Shown piece after piece: positions 1 through 12,269 of a stretch of DNA of 64,000 nt. The translations under genes were made by a program, and so were the position numbers. Source of the stretch: Vicugna vicugna (taxonomy: Eukaryota); assembly GCA_013265495.1 (NCBI GenBank), contig MU058463.1, positions 3,579,037 to 3,643,036 on the forward strand, given 5' to 3'. Below the pieces are notes generated by a model. That model saw only the letters and a program-made list of their open reading frames with translations. It was not told the DNA's origin and did no database searches. The number at the start of each line of letters is the position of its first letter. The stretch's first letter is position 1.

Positions 1-1922
1 GGGTTGCATTTTCTCCACATCCTCACCAACATTTTTTGTAGACTTTTTGGTGATAGCCATTCTGAGAGGTGAGATGATATCTTATTGTGGTTTGATTTGC
101 TTTTCTCTGATTAACAATGTTCAGCAACTTTTTAATCAGTGCCTGTCAGCCATTTGCATGTCTTCCTTGGAAAAATGTCTGTTCAGGTCTTCTTTCCATT
201 TTTTTAAACTGGGCTGTTTGGTTTTTGTTTTGTTTTGTTTTGATACTGACTTGTATGAGCTGTTTATATATTTTGGATACTAACCCCGTATTTGGCACAT
301 CATTTGCAAATATTTTTCCCACTGAGTAGGCTGTCTTCATTTTGTTGATAGTTTCCTTCATTTTGCAATCTTTTAAGTTTAATTAGGTCTAATTTGTTTA
401 TTTTTAATTTTGTTTTGCTTTGGGAGACAAACTCAAAAGTAAGCTGCTTCAATATATGTCTGCCTGTGTTCTCTTCTAGGTGTTTTATGGTTTCAGGTCT
501 TACATTTAGATATTTAATCTCTTTTGAATTTATTTTTGTATTTGTTGTAAGAAACTGTTCTAATTTTATTCTTACATGTAACTGTCCAGTTTTCCCAGCA
601 CAACTTTATTGAAGACATTGTCTTTCCTCCATTTTGTAGGCTTGCCTCCTTTGTCATAGATTAATTGACCATAAATGCATGGGTTTATTTTGGGGCTCTC
701 TATTCTGTTCCATTAATCTATGGTTTGTTTTTGTACCAGTACTGTATTGTTTTGATTACTGTAACTTTATAGTAGAATTTGATGTAGGAAGTGTGATATC
801 TCCAGGTTTGTTCTTTTTTTGTCTCAAAATTGCTTTGGCTATTCAGGTCTTTTATGGCTCCATATATATCTCAGGATTATTTGTTCTAGTTCTGTGAAAA
901 ATTTCATGAGTATTTTGATAGGGATTGCATTAAATCTCTAGATTGTCTTATGGACATTTTAATAGTATTAGTTATTACAATCAGTGAATCTGGGATATCT
1001 CTCCATTTATTTGTATCATCTTTAGTTTCCTTCATTGATGTTTTTTAGTTTTCAGGGTATAGGTCTTCACCACCTTGGTTAATTTATTCCTAGGTATTTT
1101 ATTGTATTTGATGCAATTCTTTTTGATGCAAGGGATTGTTTTTCCTGAATTCTCTTTCTGATAGTTAATTTTAGTGTATAGAAAAGCAAAAGATTTCTGT
1201 ATATTAATCTTGTATTCTGCAACTTTACGGAATTCATTTATTAGTTCTTAATTGTTTTTGTTAAAAGACTTCAGGGTTTTCTAGATATAGTATCACGTCA
1301 TCTGTGAAGTTTTACTTTCCCTTTTAATTTGGGTGCCTTTTTTTTTTTTTTGTCTGATTATTGCTGTGGCTAGGACTTTCAATGCTGTGTTAAATAGAAG
1401 TGGCAAGAGTAGTCATCGTTGTCTAGTTCCTGATTTTAGAGGAAAAGCTTTCAGCTTTTTATTGTTGAGTATAATGTTAGTTTTGGTTTTGTCATAAATG
1501 GCCTTTATTATGTTGAGATATATTCCCATTATACCAAATTTGATACGACTTTTTATCATGAATGGATGTTGAATATTATCAAATGCTTTTTCTGTGTTCA
1601 ATGGGATGATCACAGGATTTTTATCCATTCTTTGGTTAATGTGATGTATCACATTGATTAATTTTGTGATTATTGAACCATTCTTGCATCCCTGGAATAA
1701 ATATCACTTGATCATGGTGTATGATCCTTTGTATAAATATTGTTGAGTTCTGTTTGCTAATATTCTTGCTGAGTGGAGTATCCCAAGTTGCAGATTTTCC
1801 CTTTCAGCACTTTAAATACATCATTCCACTCCTTTCTGGCCTGAAAAATTTCTGCAGAAAAATCAGCTGATAGTCTTACGGAGATTCTCTTGTATATGAC
1901 TCATTTTCTCTTGCTGCCTTTT
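1..1922 (-). mobile_element. Older degenerate L1, 3' part: ORF2 (1-~1768) fused directly to late ORF1 sequence (~1769-1922)
   Basis: Fragmentary ORF2 peptides ([35 protein letters not shown]...FPLKSGTRQ). 1770-1900 reads as an ORF1-like IRLSADFSAE..QARKEWNDVFKVLK segment on the minus strand. Confidence 0.88.
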
Positions 1923-4900
1923 TTTTTTTATATAGTTTTATTTTTTTTTATTTTTTTTTTACATTTTTATTGATTCATAATCATTTTACAGTGTTGTGTC
2001 AAATTCCAGTGTTCAGCACAATTTGTCAGTCATTCATGGACATATACACACTCATTGTCACATTTTTTCCTCTGTGATTTATCATAACATTTTGTGTATA
2101 TTTCCCTGTGCTATACAGTGTAATCTTGTTTATCTGTTCTACAATTTTGAAATCCCAGTCTATCCCTTCCCACCCTATACCCCCCCGGTAACCACAAGTC
2201 TGTATTCTCTGTCCATGAGTCTATTTCTGTCCTGTATTTATGCTTTGTTTTTGTTTGTTTGTTTGTTTTTGTTTTTTAGATTCCACATATGAGCGATCTC
2301 ATATGGTATTTTTCTTTCTCTTTCTGGCTTACTTCACTTAGAATGACATTCTCTAGGAGCATCCATGTTGCTGCAAATGGCATTATGTTGTCGGTTTTTA
2401 TGGCTGAGTAGTATTCCATTGTATAAATATACCACATCTTCTTTATCCAGTCACCTGTTGATGGACATTTAGGTTGTTTCCATGTTTTGGCTATTGTAAA
2501 TAGTGCTGCTATGAACATTGGGGTGCAGGTGTCATCCTGAAGTAGATTTCCTTCTGGGTACAAGCCCAGGAGTGGGATTCCTGGGTCATATGGTAAGTCT
2601 ATTCCTAGTCTTTTGAGGAATCTCCACACTGTTTTCCATAGTGGCTGCACCAAACTGCATTCCCACCAGCAGTGTAGGAGGGTTCCCCTTTCTCCACAGC
2701 CTCTCCAGCATTTGTCATTTTTGGATTTTTGAATGACGGCCATTCTGACTGGTGTGAGGTGATACCTCATTGTAGTTTTGATTTGCATTTCTCTGATAAT
2801 TAGTGATATTGAACATTTTTTCATGTGCTTTTTGATCATTTGTATGTCTTCCTTGGAGAATTGCTTGTTTAGGTCTTCTGCCCATTTTTGGATTGGGTTG
2901 TTTATTTTTTTCTTATTGAGTCGTATGAGCTGCTTATATATTTTGGAGATCAAGCCTTTGTCGGTTTCACTTGCAAAAATTTTCTCCCATTCCGTAGGTT
3001 TTCTTCTTGTTTTATTTCTGGTTTCCTTTGCTCTGCAGAAGCTTGTAAGTTTCATTAGGTCCCATTTGTTTATTCTTGCTTTTATTTCTTCTAGGAGAAA
3101 ATTTTTGAAATGTATGTCAGATAATGTTTTGCCTATGTTTTCCTCTAGGAGGTTTATTGTATCTTGTCTTATGTTTAAGTCTTTAATCCATTTTGAGTTG
3201 ATTTTTGTATATGGTGTAAGGGTGTGTTCTAGCTTCATTGTTTTACATGCTGCTGTCCAGTTTTCCCAACACCATTTGCTGAAGAGACTGTCTTTATTCC
3301 ATTGTATATTCTTGCCTCCTTTGTCGAAGATGAGTTGACCAAAAGTTTGTGGGTTCATTTCTGGGCTCTCTATTCTGTTCCATTGGTCTATATGTCTGTT
3401 TTGGTACCAATACCATGCTGTCTTGATGACTGTAGCTCTATAGTATTGTCTGAAGTCTGGGAGAGTTATTCCTCCAGCCTCTTTCTTTCTCTTCAGTAAT
3501 GCTTTAGCAATTCTAGGTCTTTGATGGTTCCATATAAATTTTATTATGATTTGTTCTAGTTCTGTGAAATATGTCCTGGGTAATTGGATAGGGATTGCAT
3601 TAAATCTGTAGATTGCCTTGGGCAGTGTGACCATTTTAACAATATTGATTCTTCCAATCCAAGAGCATGGAATATCTTTCCATTTTTTAAAGTCTTCTTT
3701 AATTTCCTTCATCAATGGTTTATAGTTTTCTGTGTATAATTCTTTCACCTCCTTGGTTAGATTTATTCCCAGATATTTTATTACTTTGGGTGCTATTTTA
3801 AAGGGGATTGTTTCTTTACTTTCTTTTTCTGTTGATTTATCGTTAGTGTAAAGAAAGGCAACTGATTTTTGAACATTAATTTTGTAACCTGCTACCTTGC
3901 TGAATTCTTCGATCAGCTCTAGTAGCTTTTTTGTGGACCTTTTAGGGTTTTCTATATATAGTAACATGTCGTCAGCATATAATGACACTTTTACCTCTTC
4001 TTTTCCAATTTGGATCCCTTTTATTTCTTTCTCTTGCCTGATTGCTGTGGCTAGGACTTCCAGGACTATATTGAATAGGAGTGGTGATAGTGGGCATCCT
4101 TGTCTTGTCCCAGATTTTAGTGGGAAGCTTTTGAGTTTTTCACCGTTGAGAACTATGCTGGCTGTAGGTTTGTCATATATAGCTTTTATTATGTTGAGAT
4201 ATGTTCCCTCTATACCCACTTTGGCGAGAGTTTTTATCATAAATGGGTGTTGAATTTTATCAAATGCTTTTTCTGCATCGATTGAGATGATCATGTGGTT
4301 TTTGTCCTTTCTCTTGTTGATGTGATGTATTACATTGATTGATTTGCGTATGTTGAACCAGCCTTGTGTCCCTGGGATGAACCCCACTTGGTCATGATGT
4401 ATAATCTTTTTTATGTGTTGTTGGATTCTATTTGCTAAAATTTTGGTGAGGATTTTGGCGTCTATGTTCATCAGTGATATTGGCCTATAATTCTCTTTTT
4501 TTGTAGTGTCTTTGCCTGGTTTTGGTATCAGGGTGATGGTGGCTTCATAGAATGAGTTTGGGAGTATTCCCTCCTTTTCAATCGTCTGGAAGAGTTTGAG
4601 AAGGACTGGTATGAGTTCTTCTTTGTATGTTTGGTAGAATTCCCCGGTGAAGCCATCCGGTCCTGGACTTTTATTTGTAGGGAGGTTTTTAATTGCTATT
4701 TCTATTTCCTTTCTAGTGATCGGATTGTTCAAGTGTTCAGTTTCTTCTTGATTCAGTTTTGGTGGACAGTATGTTTCCAGAAACTTGTCCATCTCCTCTA
4801 GGTTATCCAGTTTGGTTCCATATAGTTTTTCATAATATTCTCGTATGATATTCTGTATTTCTATTTTGTTTGTTGTAATTTCTCCATTTTCCTTTCTTAT

Positions 4901-5715
4901 TTTGCTAATTTGTGCTCTCTCTTTTTTCTTCTTTGTGAGTTTGGCCAGAGGTTTGTCGATTTTATTTACTTTTTCAAAAAACCAGCTTTTGGTTTGGTTG
5001 ATTTTTTCTATGGTCTTGTTAATCTCTATTGTATTTAATTCCTCTCTGATCTTTATTATTTCCTTCCTTCTGCTGCTTTTTGGGGCTTTTTGTTCTTCTT
5101 TTTCTAATTGATTTAGGTGGTGGGTTAACTTGTTTATTTGAGATTGTTCTTCTTTTTTGAGAAAGGCCTGTATCGCTATAAACTTCCCTCTTAGCACTGC
5201 CTTTGCTGTGTCCCATAGGTTTTGAGTGGTTGTGCTTTCATTATCATTTGTCTCAAGGTATTTTTTAATTTCAGCTTTGATTTCCTCATTGATCCATTGT
5301 TTTTTCAATAACATATTGTTTAATCTCCATGCTTTTCTTTTTTTCTCCTTTGTTTCTCTGTTGTTGATTTCCAGTTTCATGGCATTGTGGTCAGTAAAGA
5401 TGCTTGAGATAATTTCTATCTTCTTAAAATTGTTGAGGTTTCTTTTGTGTCCAAGTACATGATCGATCCTGGAAAATGTTCCATGTGCACTTGAAAAGAA
5501 TGTATATTCTGTTTTTTGGGGGTGTAAAGCTCTGAAAATATCCACCAAATCTAGTTTTTCTATTGTAGTATTTAATTTCTCTGTTGCCTTGTTTATTTTC
5601 TCTCTGGAAGATCTGTCTAGTGATGTTAATGCAGTGTTAAACTCTCCAACTATGATTGTATTCCCATCAATATCCCCCTTTATCTCTGTTAGTAATTCTT
5701 GTATGTACTTAGGTG
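1923..5715 (-). mobile_element. Young 5'-truncated LINE-1 (~3.8 kb): most of ORF2, 3'UTR and poly(A) tail, with a 15-bp target-site duplication
   Basis: TSD ctcttgctgcctttt at 1908-1922 and 5716-5730, with an EN-type TTTT|AG site. Poly(T) on the plus strand at 1921-1960, AATAAA (minus) at 1966-1971, and an uninterrupted ORF2 frame. Confidence 0.96.
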
Positions 5716-5716
5716 C
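2276..5716 (-). pseudogene. L1 ORF2p reading frame, 5'-truncated within the endonuclease domain; RT and cysteine-rich C-terminus intact
   Basis: Open for 1147 codons including the stop (extended by hand upstream of 5548: APKYIQELL...[10 protein letters not shown]...). Motifs SRIDH, TDHN, PGPDGF, QGCPLSP, YADD, CWRGC...HCWWEC. No native start, ORF1 or promoter. Confidence 0.92.
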
Positions 5717-6860
5717 TCTTGCTGCCTTTTAGAATTCTCTCTTAACTGTTAACTTTGCCATTTTAATTATGATATGTGTTGGTGTGGGTCTGTTTGGGTT
5801 CATCTTGTTTGGGACTCTCTGTGCTTCCTGGACCTGCATATCTGTTTCCTTTTTCAGATTTGAGAAGTTTTCAGCCATAATCCCATCAAATACATTTTCC
5901 ATCCTTTTCTTTCTCTCTTCTTCTGAGACTGTATAATAAGAATGTATGCTTGATGTTGCCTTAGGGGTCCCTTAAACTGTTCTCATTTTTTTTTAATTTG
6001 TTTTTCTTTTTACTATTCTGATTGGGTGATTTCCATTATTCTGTCATCCAGATCACTTACATGTTCTTTTGTATCACCTAGTCTGCTGTTAATTCCTTCT
6101 AGTATGTTTTTTATTTCAGTTACTGTATTCTTCATTCTAACTGGCTATTTCTTATATTTTCTAGTTCCTCATTAAAATTCTTGCTGTGTTCATGTATTTC
6201 CTTTAATTCAGTTAGCATTGTTATTGCTAATGCTTTGAACTGTTTTGAACAGCTCACCAATATTTCCAAGTCTCTTCCACTTCTTGGACTCAGATGTCAT
6301 GTTTCTGGTTTCCTGTGTAGTGGAATGAGGCCGTGTGCGTAGTTCTGGTAATAGACAGAGATGCTCCATAAAGAGATGGCATGGGCCCCTTTCAGTCGGG
6401 AGCACTGAAGGCTTGGTCTCTGATTCTGAGCTCTCCCTGCTGTGATGAGGGTGGTGCTGCCTGTTGAGATGGCCTCGTTTTAGGAAGGAGCGGAGTGACT
6501 CCATGTGTAGCAAAACCCTCCTCAGATTTCATGGGAGCAACTCGTTTTTTTGGTACAGATTTGGAGGGTAGGGTGACACAGCCTGGATGCAGTGTCCTGG
6601 CCCCTGGACCACAGGGAAGTGTGTGAGTGGAGCCATGGGTTCTGGGGAAGCTTCTGATTCCCCGCTGCCCTGTCTCTGGCACCATCAGCCCCTCTCCTGT
6701 TCTGTGATGCTGTGTGAGGAACTGTTCTTGGAGGCTTAGCCTGGGCTGGCCCGCCTGTCCTTCTGGTTCTCTTATAGGCACTAATTTTCTTTATCAGATT
6801 CTTTCTCTTTCAAAATAGCTGGAGTAGTTTGTGCTGCCTTCACTGAACCCGGGCTAACAC
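5716..6860 (-). mobile_element. Older L1, 5' part (ORF1 N-terminal half and probable 5'UTR remnant); continuation of the element at 1-1922
   Basis: Minus strand gives ETDMQVQEAQRVPNKMNPNRPTPTHIIIKMAKV..RILKAAR, which is collinear with ORF1 sequence on the other side of the young insertion. The right boundary is uncertain. Confidence 0.75.
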
Positions 6861-7224
6861 AGCATTAGATTAGGGCTAACACATCTTTGTCTTCTGGTCT
6901 TCCCTTGGAGAGATCTGGCTCCCGGTTCTTACTTTGCAGGGGCTCCAAGGCCCTCCCCAGATGAGCTTCTGCCCATCCCTTCTGCCTGGTTTCTGACAGC
7001 ACTCCCTTGCACCCTGCAGAGCAGCTAAATGAAACAGCTCTCCAGATTCGCCAAGCAGTGGGACATGTCTTATCTGCACACACCGTCTCCCTGCACATGC
7101 AGCTCCTCTCCCAGGAGTGTCCACCCTGCCCTGTGCCGCCTGCCACCCCTGGCTCTCTTCAGTCCCTTCCCCACACAAAGTGAGCTCTAGATTCGCATTT
7201 GTTCAGCTTACTGAGTTTTGGTTA

Positions 7225-8130
7225 AAAGCCAGGGTTCAAATCCAGGCTCTGGTACCTCATAGCTCTGTGACGCTGGACAAGTTATTTAACCTCTCCATGC
7301 CTGAGCTCCCTCATCTTTAAAATGGGGATAGTGGAGAGACAAACACTGTATGAGCTCACTGCGTGTCTGGAATCTAAAAAACAATAAAATTGAGTTCAGA
7401 GATAGAGAACAGCCTGGTGGCCACCAGAGGCCGGGGGTGGGGAGTGGGTGAAATGCATGAAGGGGTAAAAAGGTACAAATTTCCAGGAATAAAATAAGTC
7501 TCAGGGATGTAGGAAAAATAAAATGGGGGTGATAATAGTACTTACTTCAGTGGGTGTTTTAATTGTGCTTTCTTAGGTTCGTTATGTCTGTTTGGCATCA
7601 TTCATCACGGGGCCCAACTGGGTTGCCCGAGTGTTGCCCTCTCCCTGGTGAGCCAGGACCTGTGCGGACCAGCTGGCCCAAGGCCGAGCCCCCACCCCCT
7701 TCTTGTCCCATTCTCACACACTATACCGATATTTCCCCTGCCCCAAATCATCCCAGGGCCAAGTACCAGGTCACTAGAGACCTCCCTAAGCTTGAAGCCC
7801 ACCAGAATTATTCAAATCAGCCAATCCTTGATGGTCTACTCTGCCTCGGGCCTTTCCTGCAGGCGCTGCCCTCACTCTGCTCCTGCCTCCTGACCCCACT
7901 GATGCTCCTCACCAGCTCTTTGTGCTGTGACCTGCCCCGTCCTCGCACGAAATGTGAATAATAAACATCTTTTTTCAATGGCATCTACTTCTTGATGTCA
8001 TCACTTGGTCACCTCCACAAATCAAAATCCCACAGGTATAATTTTAGAACAATAAGGCTACATGAGAACTTAGTAATAACATCTGAAGAATTTATCAGAA
8101 TATCTGGCACATACAAAGACAATTATGAGT
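7225..8130 (+). mobile_element. MIR SINE split by an L1 3'-end fragment (~7335-7520) and an ERVL-type LTR (~7564-8051)
   Basis: MIR core gggttcaaatcc...ttatttaacctctc...aaaatggggata. The taaaatgggg motif repeats at ~7519, and the MIR tail ...tctggcacata lies at ~8100. Confidence 0.65.
7564..8051 (+). mobile_element. Solo LTR, ERVL class (MER54/MER74-like)
   Basis: Contains aattattcaaatcagccaatcct, ctgcctcctgacc and aataaacatcttttttcaatggca, and ends in ...ttttagaaca. Confidence 0.55.
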
Positions 8131-8221
8131 GTGAGTGTTCCTATCAGGTAGTGGCTTGAACTGGGAACAGGATTCCAAGTCCTTCCTTACCTGAAGGGCC
8201 ACAGGCTCAGCCCTGCGCCAC

Positions 8222-8385
8222 CCAGGGCTGGCTCCATGGTCCCGGGCCCTGGGCGGCGGGCATGTAGCTCCCTGCTCAGAGGGCCCCGTGATTGGTTGGA
8301 TGCTTGACTGTCGCCATCTTAATTCTTAATGTCTTCAATGTTCATTCTGTACAGGACCCCACAAATTATATGGCCAGTGGGGCCA
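8222..8385. mobile_element. MER91-like hAT DNA transposon remnant
   Basis: Contains gggccccgtgattggtt..atgct..ctgtcgccatctt..ttcttaat and ggaccccacaaattat. Confidence 0.5.
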
Positions 8386-8499
8386 CCCAGGTCCAGCCCC
8401 GCCAGCCTTCTTTGGCCCTTTATACACTCCAAATTCTTTCCTGTCTCTCCCTGAGAGAATCTTTCCTTTCTCTTCATTTGGTTAAGTCCCATACATCCT

Positions 8500-8778
8500 C
8501 AGTTTAAATACCAGCTTCTCAGACAGGCCTTCCAGGAGCACCCTTTGCTCCCTCCTCGCATTCCCTGTTATTCCATATCTCAGCCCCTGGCTTGCTCCTT
8601 TATAGGAAAGACACGGTATTTTGTTTGATTTGAACCTGTCTCTCTTACTGGAGTCAAGACTGTCACTTCCCTGAGGGTAGGGACCGTCTCTGACGCGCTG
8701 GCTGTGACGGCCTCAGTATCCAGCACTAAGCCTGACGAACAGCAGGCTCTCAATACACACTTGTTGGATGAGTGAACT
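8500..8778 (+). mobile_element. L2 3' end
   Basis: Contains ttctcagacaggccttcc, gagggtagggacc and the L2-type terminus ctcaata..ttgttggatgagtgaa. Confidence 0.6.
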
Positions 8779-9099
8779 CAGGACCTGCTTTAAGACCAAA
8801 TTGCTGGCCTCACCAAAGCCGATCCTTCACTTGGTCCCATCACTACTCTTTCTCTAAGTATCTTTTATCACACAGTGTTGCACTGTTTACATGGCTAACT
8901 CTGATTTTTCTGAATTTTAGAGAGCCCCAAAATCTATATATGGTCTCTCCTCCCTCATCCCTGGCTGAATTGTGAACTGCACATACAATTTAAGGATTAG
9001 ATGTTAAGGAGATTAGGGGGTCCTTATGCTGCCTAGCAAGATGATAAAGGTAAAGATTAGTATTAATTTTTAGATTAAGTATTAAGTATTAGATTAGTA

Positions 9100-11430
9100 T
9101 TAAATTTTAGATTAATGAAAATGGTCATTTCTTGGGTAACCAGTAAAAGAACAGCAAAGAAAGATTAGGGTATAATTTTCAGAAAAGTAGAATGATAAAA
9201 CAATCTAAAGGAAGACAGAAATGGAGCAGGGGGAGGAACAGATGTAACAAACAGAAAGCTCCTAAGAAGGTGGACGATTTATATCTAAATATGACAGCCA
9301 CTATGTTATATTGGCACTGGCTTAAATGCTCCAGTTGAAGGAAAAGACTTCCATACTAGTTTAGAAAAACTGTTTAACAAAGAATGATAAAAATTTAAAG
9401 GAAAGGTTTAAAAATATGTATCATAAACACTAAAAGAAATCTGATGTAGCTTCTTAATTTCAGAAAAATACATTTCGAGACATTAAAAAAAATAAATAGT
9501 TCCAATGAACAGATTCACTTTGCCAGGAAGATAAAAAGACATTTAGATATGTATATACCAAGTCATATGGCCTCAAAAGACATAAAGCAAAATTTGGCAG
9601 AACTATGGGAGTACAGAGATACACCACTGACGCAGGAGGCTTTATCATAACGTTCTTGGAAGTGGAGTAACACAGCATCAGATTTTAAAACCTGGACTCC
9701 AGGCCCCAATGGCTTCACTACTGAGATTTATCACATATTTAAGGGAGAAATAACTCCAATATTACGTTAATTCTTCCAACTAGGAAAACACAAAGTGCTC
9801 CCCAACTCATGAGACTAACGCTATCTTCATTCTGAAACCCAGCAGGGACAGTCTGAGAAAGAAGAATTATTGACCAATTTTATTCCAAAAATTGGACAGA
9901 TCTCCTAAATAAAGTATCAGTAAATCAAATCAATCTATTTTTTAAAAAATATGGCATCATGACCAAGTTGGATTTATCTCAATAATTCAAGATTTAGTCA
10001 ACACTGGAAAAATCCATCATAAAGTCAATATGTTAACAGATTAAATGAGATAATCATATTTTAATAGATGCAGTTCATTAAAACTTATTCTTTTATGATT
10101 AAAAAATACCCTTAGCAAACTTGAAACCTAATGGTAGAAAAGAGCTTTCCTTCTGAAATTAGCAGAGAGAAATATATTACCATTTATATTACTACACTGA
10201 AGACCACAGGCAAGAAAAAGAAAAGCTGTAATAGGAAAGAAATCTAACATTCATACATTTGACTGTATATAGACTCTAAATACAAATTAACTAACAAATT
10301 TAAGGTTGTTGAATAAAACATAAATCATTAGAAATGAAGAATTTTAAATACCATATCAAATAGCATAAAAAGTATCACATAACCTAGAAATTAATCTGGC
10401 AAAAGGACTTACAGTCCTCCAGGGAGAACCTGTACAATTTTATTGAGAGAGATTCAAGAATACCTCAATCAATAAAAGAAGAGGTAGACCACATTCGTGG
10501 ATTTTAAGACTCAGTATTATAAAGAGTCAATTTCCAACATACTGAATTGTAAGTTATATGCAATCCAATCAAAATTCCAACAGGATTTTTTTTCTGGAAT
10601 TGGTTAGCTTGCTTAAAATATATATATATGAAAATGAAAAGAAACAAGAATTTCCAAAACACTCCTAAAGGAAAACAAGATAGCAGGACTGCTCTGCTGT
10701 TTGGCAAAATATAATTATAAGCTATAGTAATTAAAACAGTATGGTTCTGGTGTAAGAATAGACAGTTCTGAAACACACACACACATAAAGACATTTGCTT
10801 TAAGATGAAGAACAGTGAGGTAAAGACGAAGTTTGCAGTGTTATTAGGACAGATATCCACATGGACAATATAAAATACGGGTGGAAAAGCAAAATAATAA
10901 AACATTGAGAATACAGGATAATATTATTCATGATTCTAGGGTAGTGAAACACTCTGTAAACAAGACACAAAATGACTAGCCTTCAAAAAATGATAAATAT
11001 GTACTATATTAAAGTTAATAATTTTATCAAAATACATCATTAAAAGAATTAAAAGGCAAGCTACACAGTGTGAAGCCATAGTTTCAACACATATAACTGA
11101 CAAAAGTCTTGTAGCAGGCTGGATAAGTAACTACCCCAAACCAGGAAGGAAACCCTAATAGAAAAATGGGCTAAAGACCTGAACGGGAATCCATGAAAGA
11201 TGATGTGCAAATGCCCAGTAAACAAATGAAAAGGCCTTCTATGCTATTCCGGGAAATAAAAGGTAAAACCATGACACACAACTACATACCCACAGATTAA
11301 ACAGCTGAAGGTGTGTGAACAGGACCAAAGAGGTGTAGTGACAGGGATTCCCACAGCCTCCTGCAAACACGGACAGCGGTACAACCAATGGGAAACCAGA
11401 CTGGCGTTATCTAGCGCAGCTGCGGGCAGT
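9100..11430 (+). mobile_element. Ancient, highly degenerate L1M element (condensed ORF2 remnants and 3' end)
   Basis: Ordered remnants: ccaggccccaatggcttcact (PGPDGF), catgaccaagttggatttatc (HDQVGFI), aagctatagtaattaaaacagtatggttctgg, aatagaaaaatgggctaaagacctgaac. Confidence 0.75.
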
Positions 11431-11621
11431 GTTTAGCAGGCAGCTTCTGAGATGGCCCCAGTGACCCCTCTCTCCTGGTTCTAACAGATGTGATCTCTCC
11501 TCACCTGCTGGCCTCGCCTCTACCGCCTGCTTTCCTCCTCGTTCCTTCTGCTCTCCCTCAGACACACCAGGTACGCTCTGCCCTAAGACGCTGCCGGGGC
11601 TCTCCCTCCTTTCCAGCAGCT

Positions 11622-11757
11622 TTTCTCAGAGCGGGGTCTGTAACTCACCCAGAGGCTGACTCACTGGGCCTGGGGTGGGCCCGAAGACCCGCACTTCCGA
11701 GAGGTTTCCCAGCGGTGCTGATGCGGCTGGTGTGCAGGCCACCCTGAAAACCACTAC
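11622..11757. mobile_element. MER5A-like hAT-Charlie element (GC-shifted copy)
   Basis: Contains ctggggtgggccc...cccagcggtgctgatgcggctggt...gaaaaccact. Confidence 0.55.
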
Positions 11758-12269
11758 CCTGGGGCATCTGTTGATGCCACAGGTTAAATCCCCTCCGGGG
11801 CCTCTGGGATGGTTGCTGTATACGATCCCAGGGAGACGTGTGAAGGTCACCACGAACACAGTTTTCTGCAGAATTCCAGGTGAAGGAGACTGTGAAAGTT
11901 TTAGGACTGATTCTGTATCTCCAAGTCTTTGTTCAAGTGCCAACTTAGTGAGATCTATCCAGATGGCCCATTTAATAGTGATCTCCCCCCATCTCCATTT
12001 TCTCAGCTCCCCTTTCATCTTTTTTTTTTTTTTGTACTGTGATTTACTTACTTGTGTAAGGTTTACTGACTCTCTCTCCTAACTAGAATGTAAACCCCAA
12101 GATGCAGAGATCTGTTTTTCAGTCTGAGGGCTGAACAGATTTTTTTGAATATCAATGAAATACTTGAATTGCAAATGAGTTGAATCCTTTCATTTCCTCA
12201 GACTATAAACTCATTTTTTAAAAAAGTACTAACTTAACTACTATGTTCATAGGAAGGGCACAGCAGTGG

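Noticed and set aside
2778..5462. Several plus-strand ORFs (up to 186 aa) rich in hydrophobic residues
   Set aside because: They are antisense shadows of the A-rich L1 ORF2, with no independent gene evidence.
1923..5715. Possible autonomous active L1 or domesticated RT gene
   Set aside because: The element is truncated inside the EN domain, with no 5'UTR, ORF1 or native ATG. The ORF-track start at 5548 is an internal TTG (Leu).
9054..9116. Short AT-rich duplication (agattagtattaa.ttttagattaa twice)
   Set aside because: Simple slippage-type duplication at the edge of an old L1; not an array or CRISPR-like structure.
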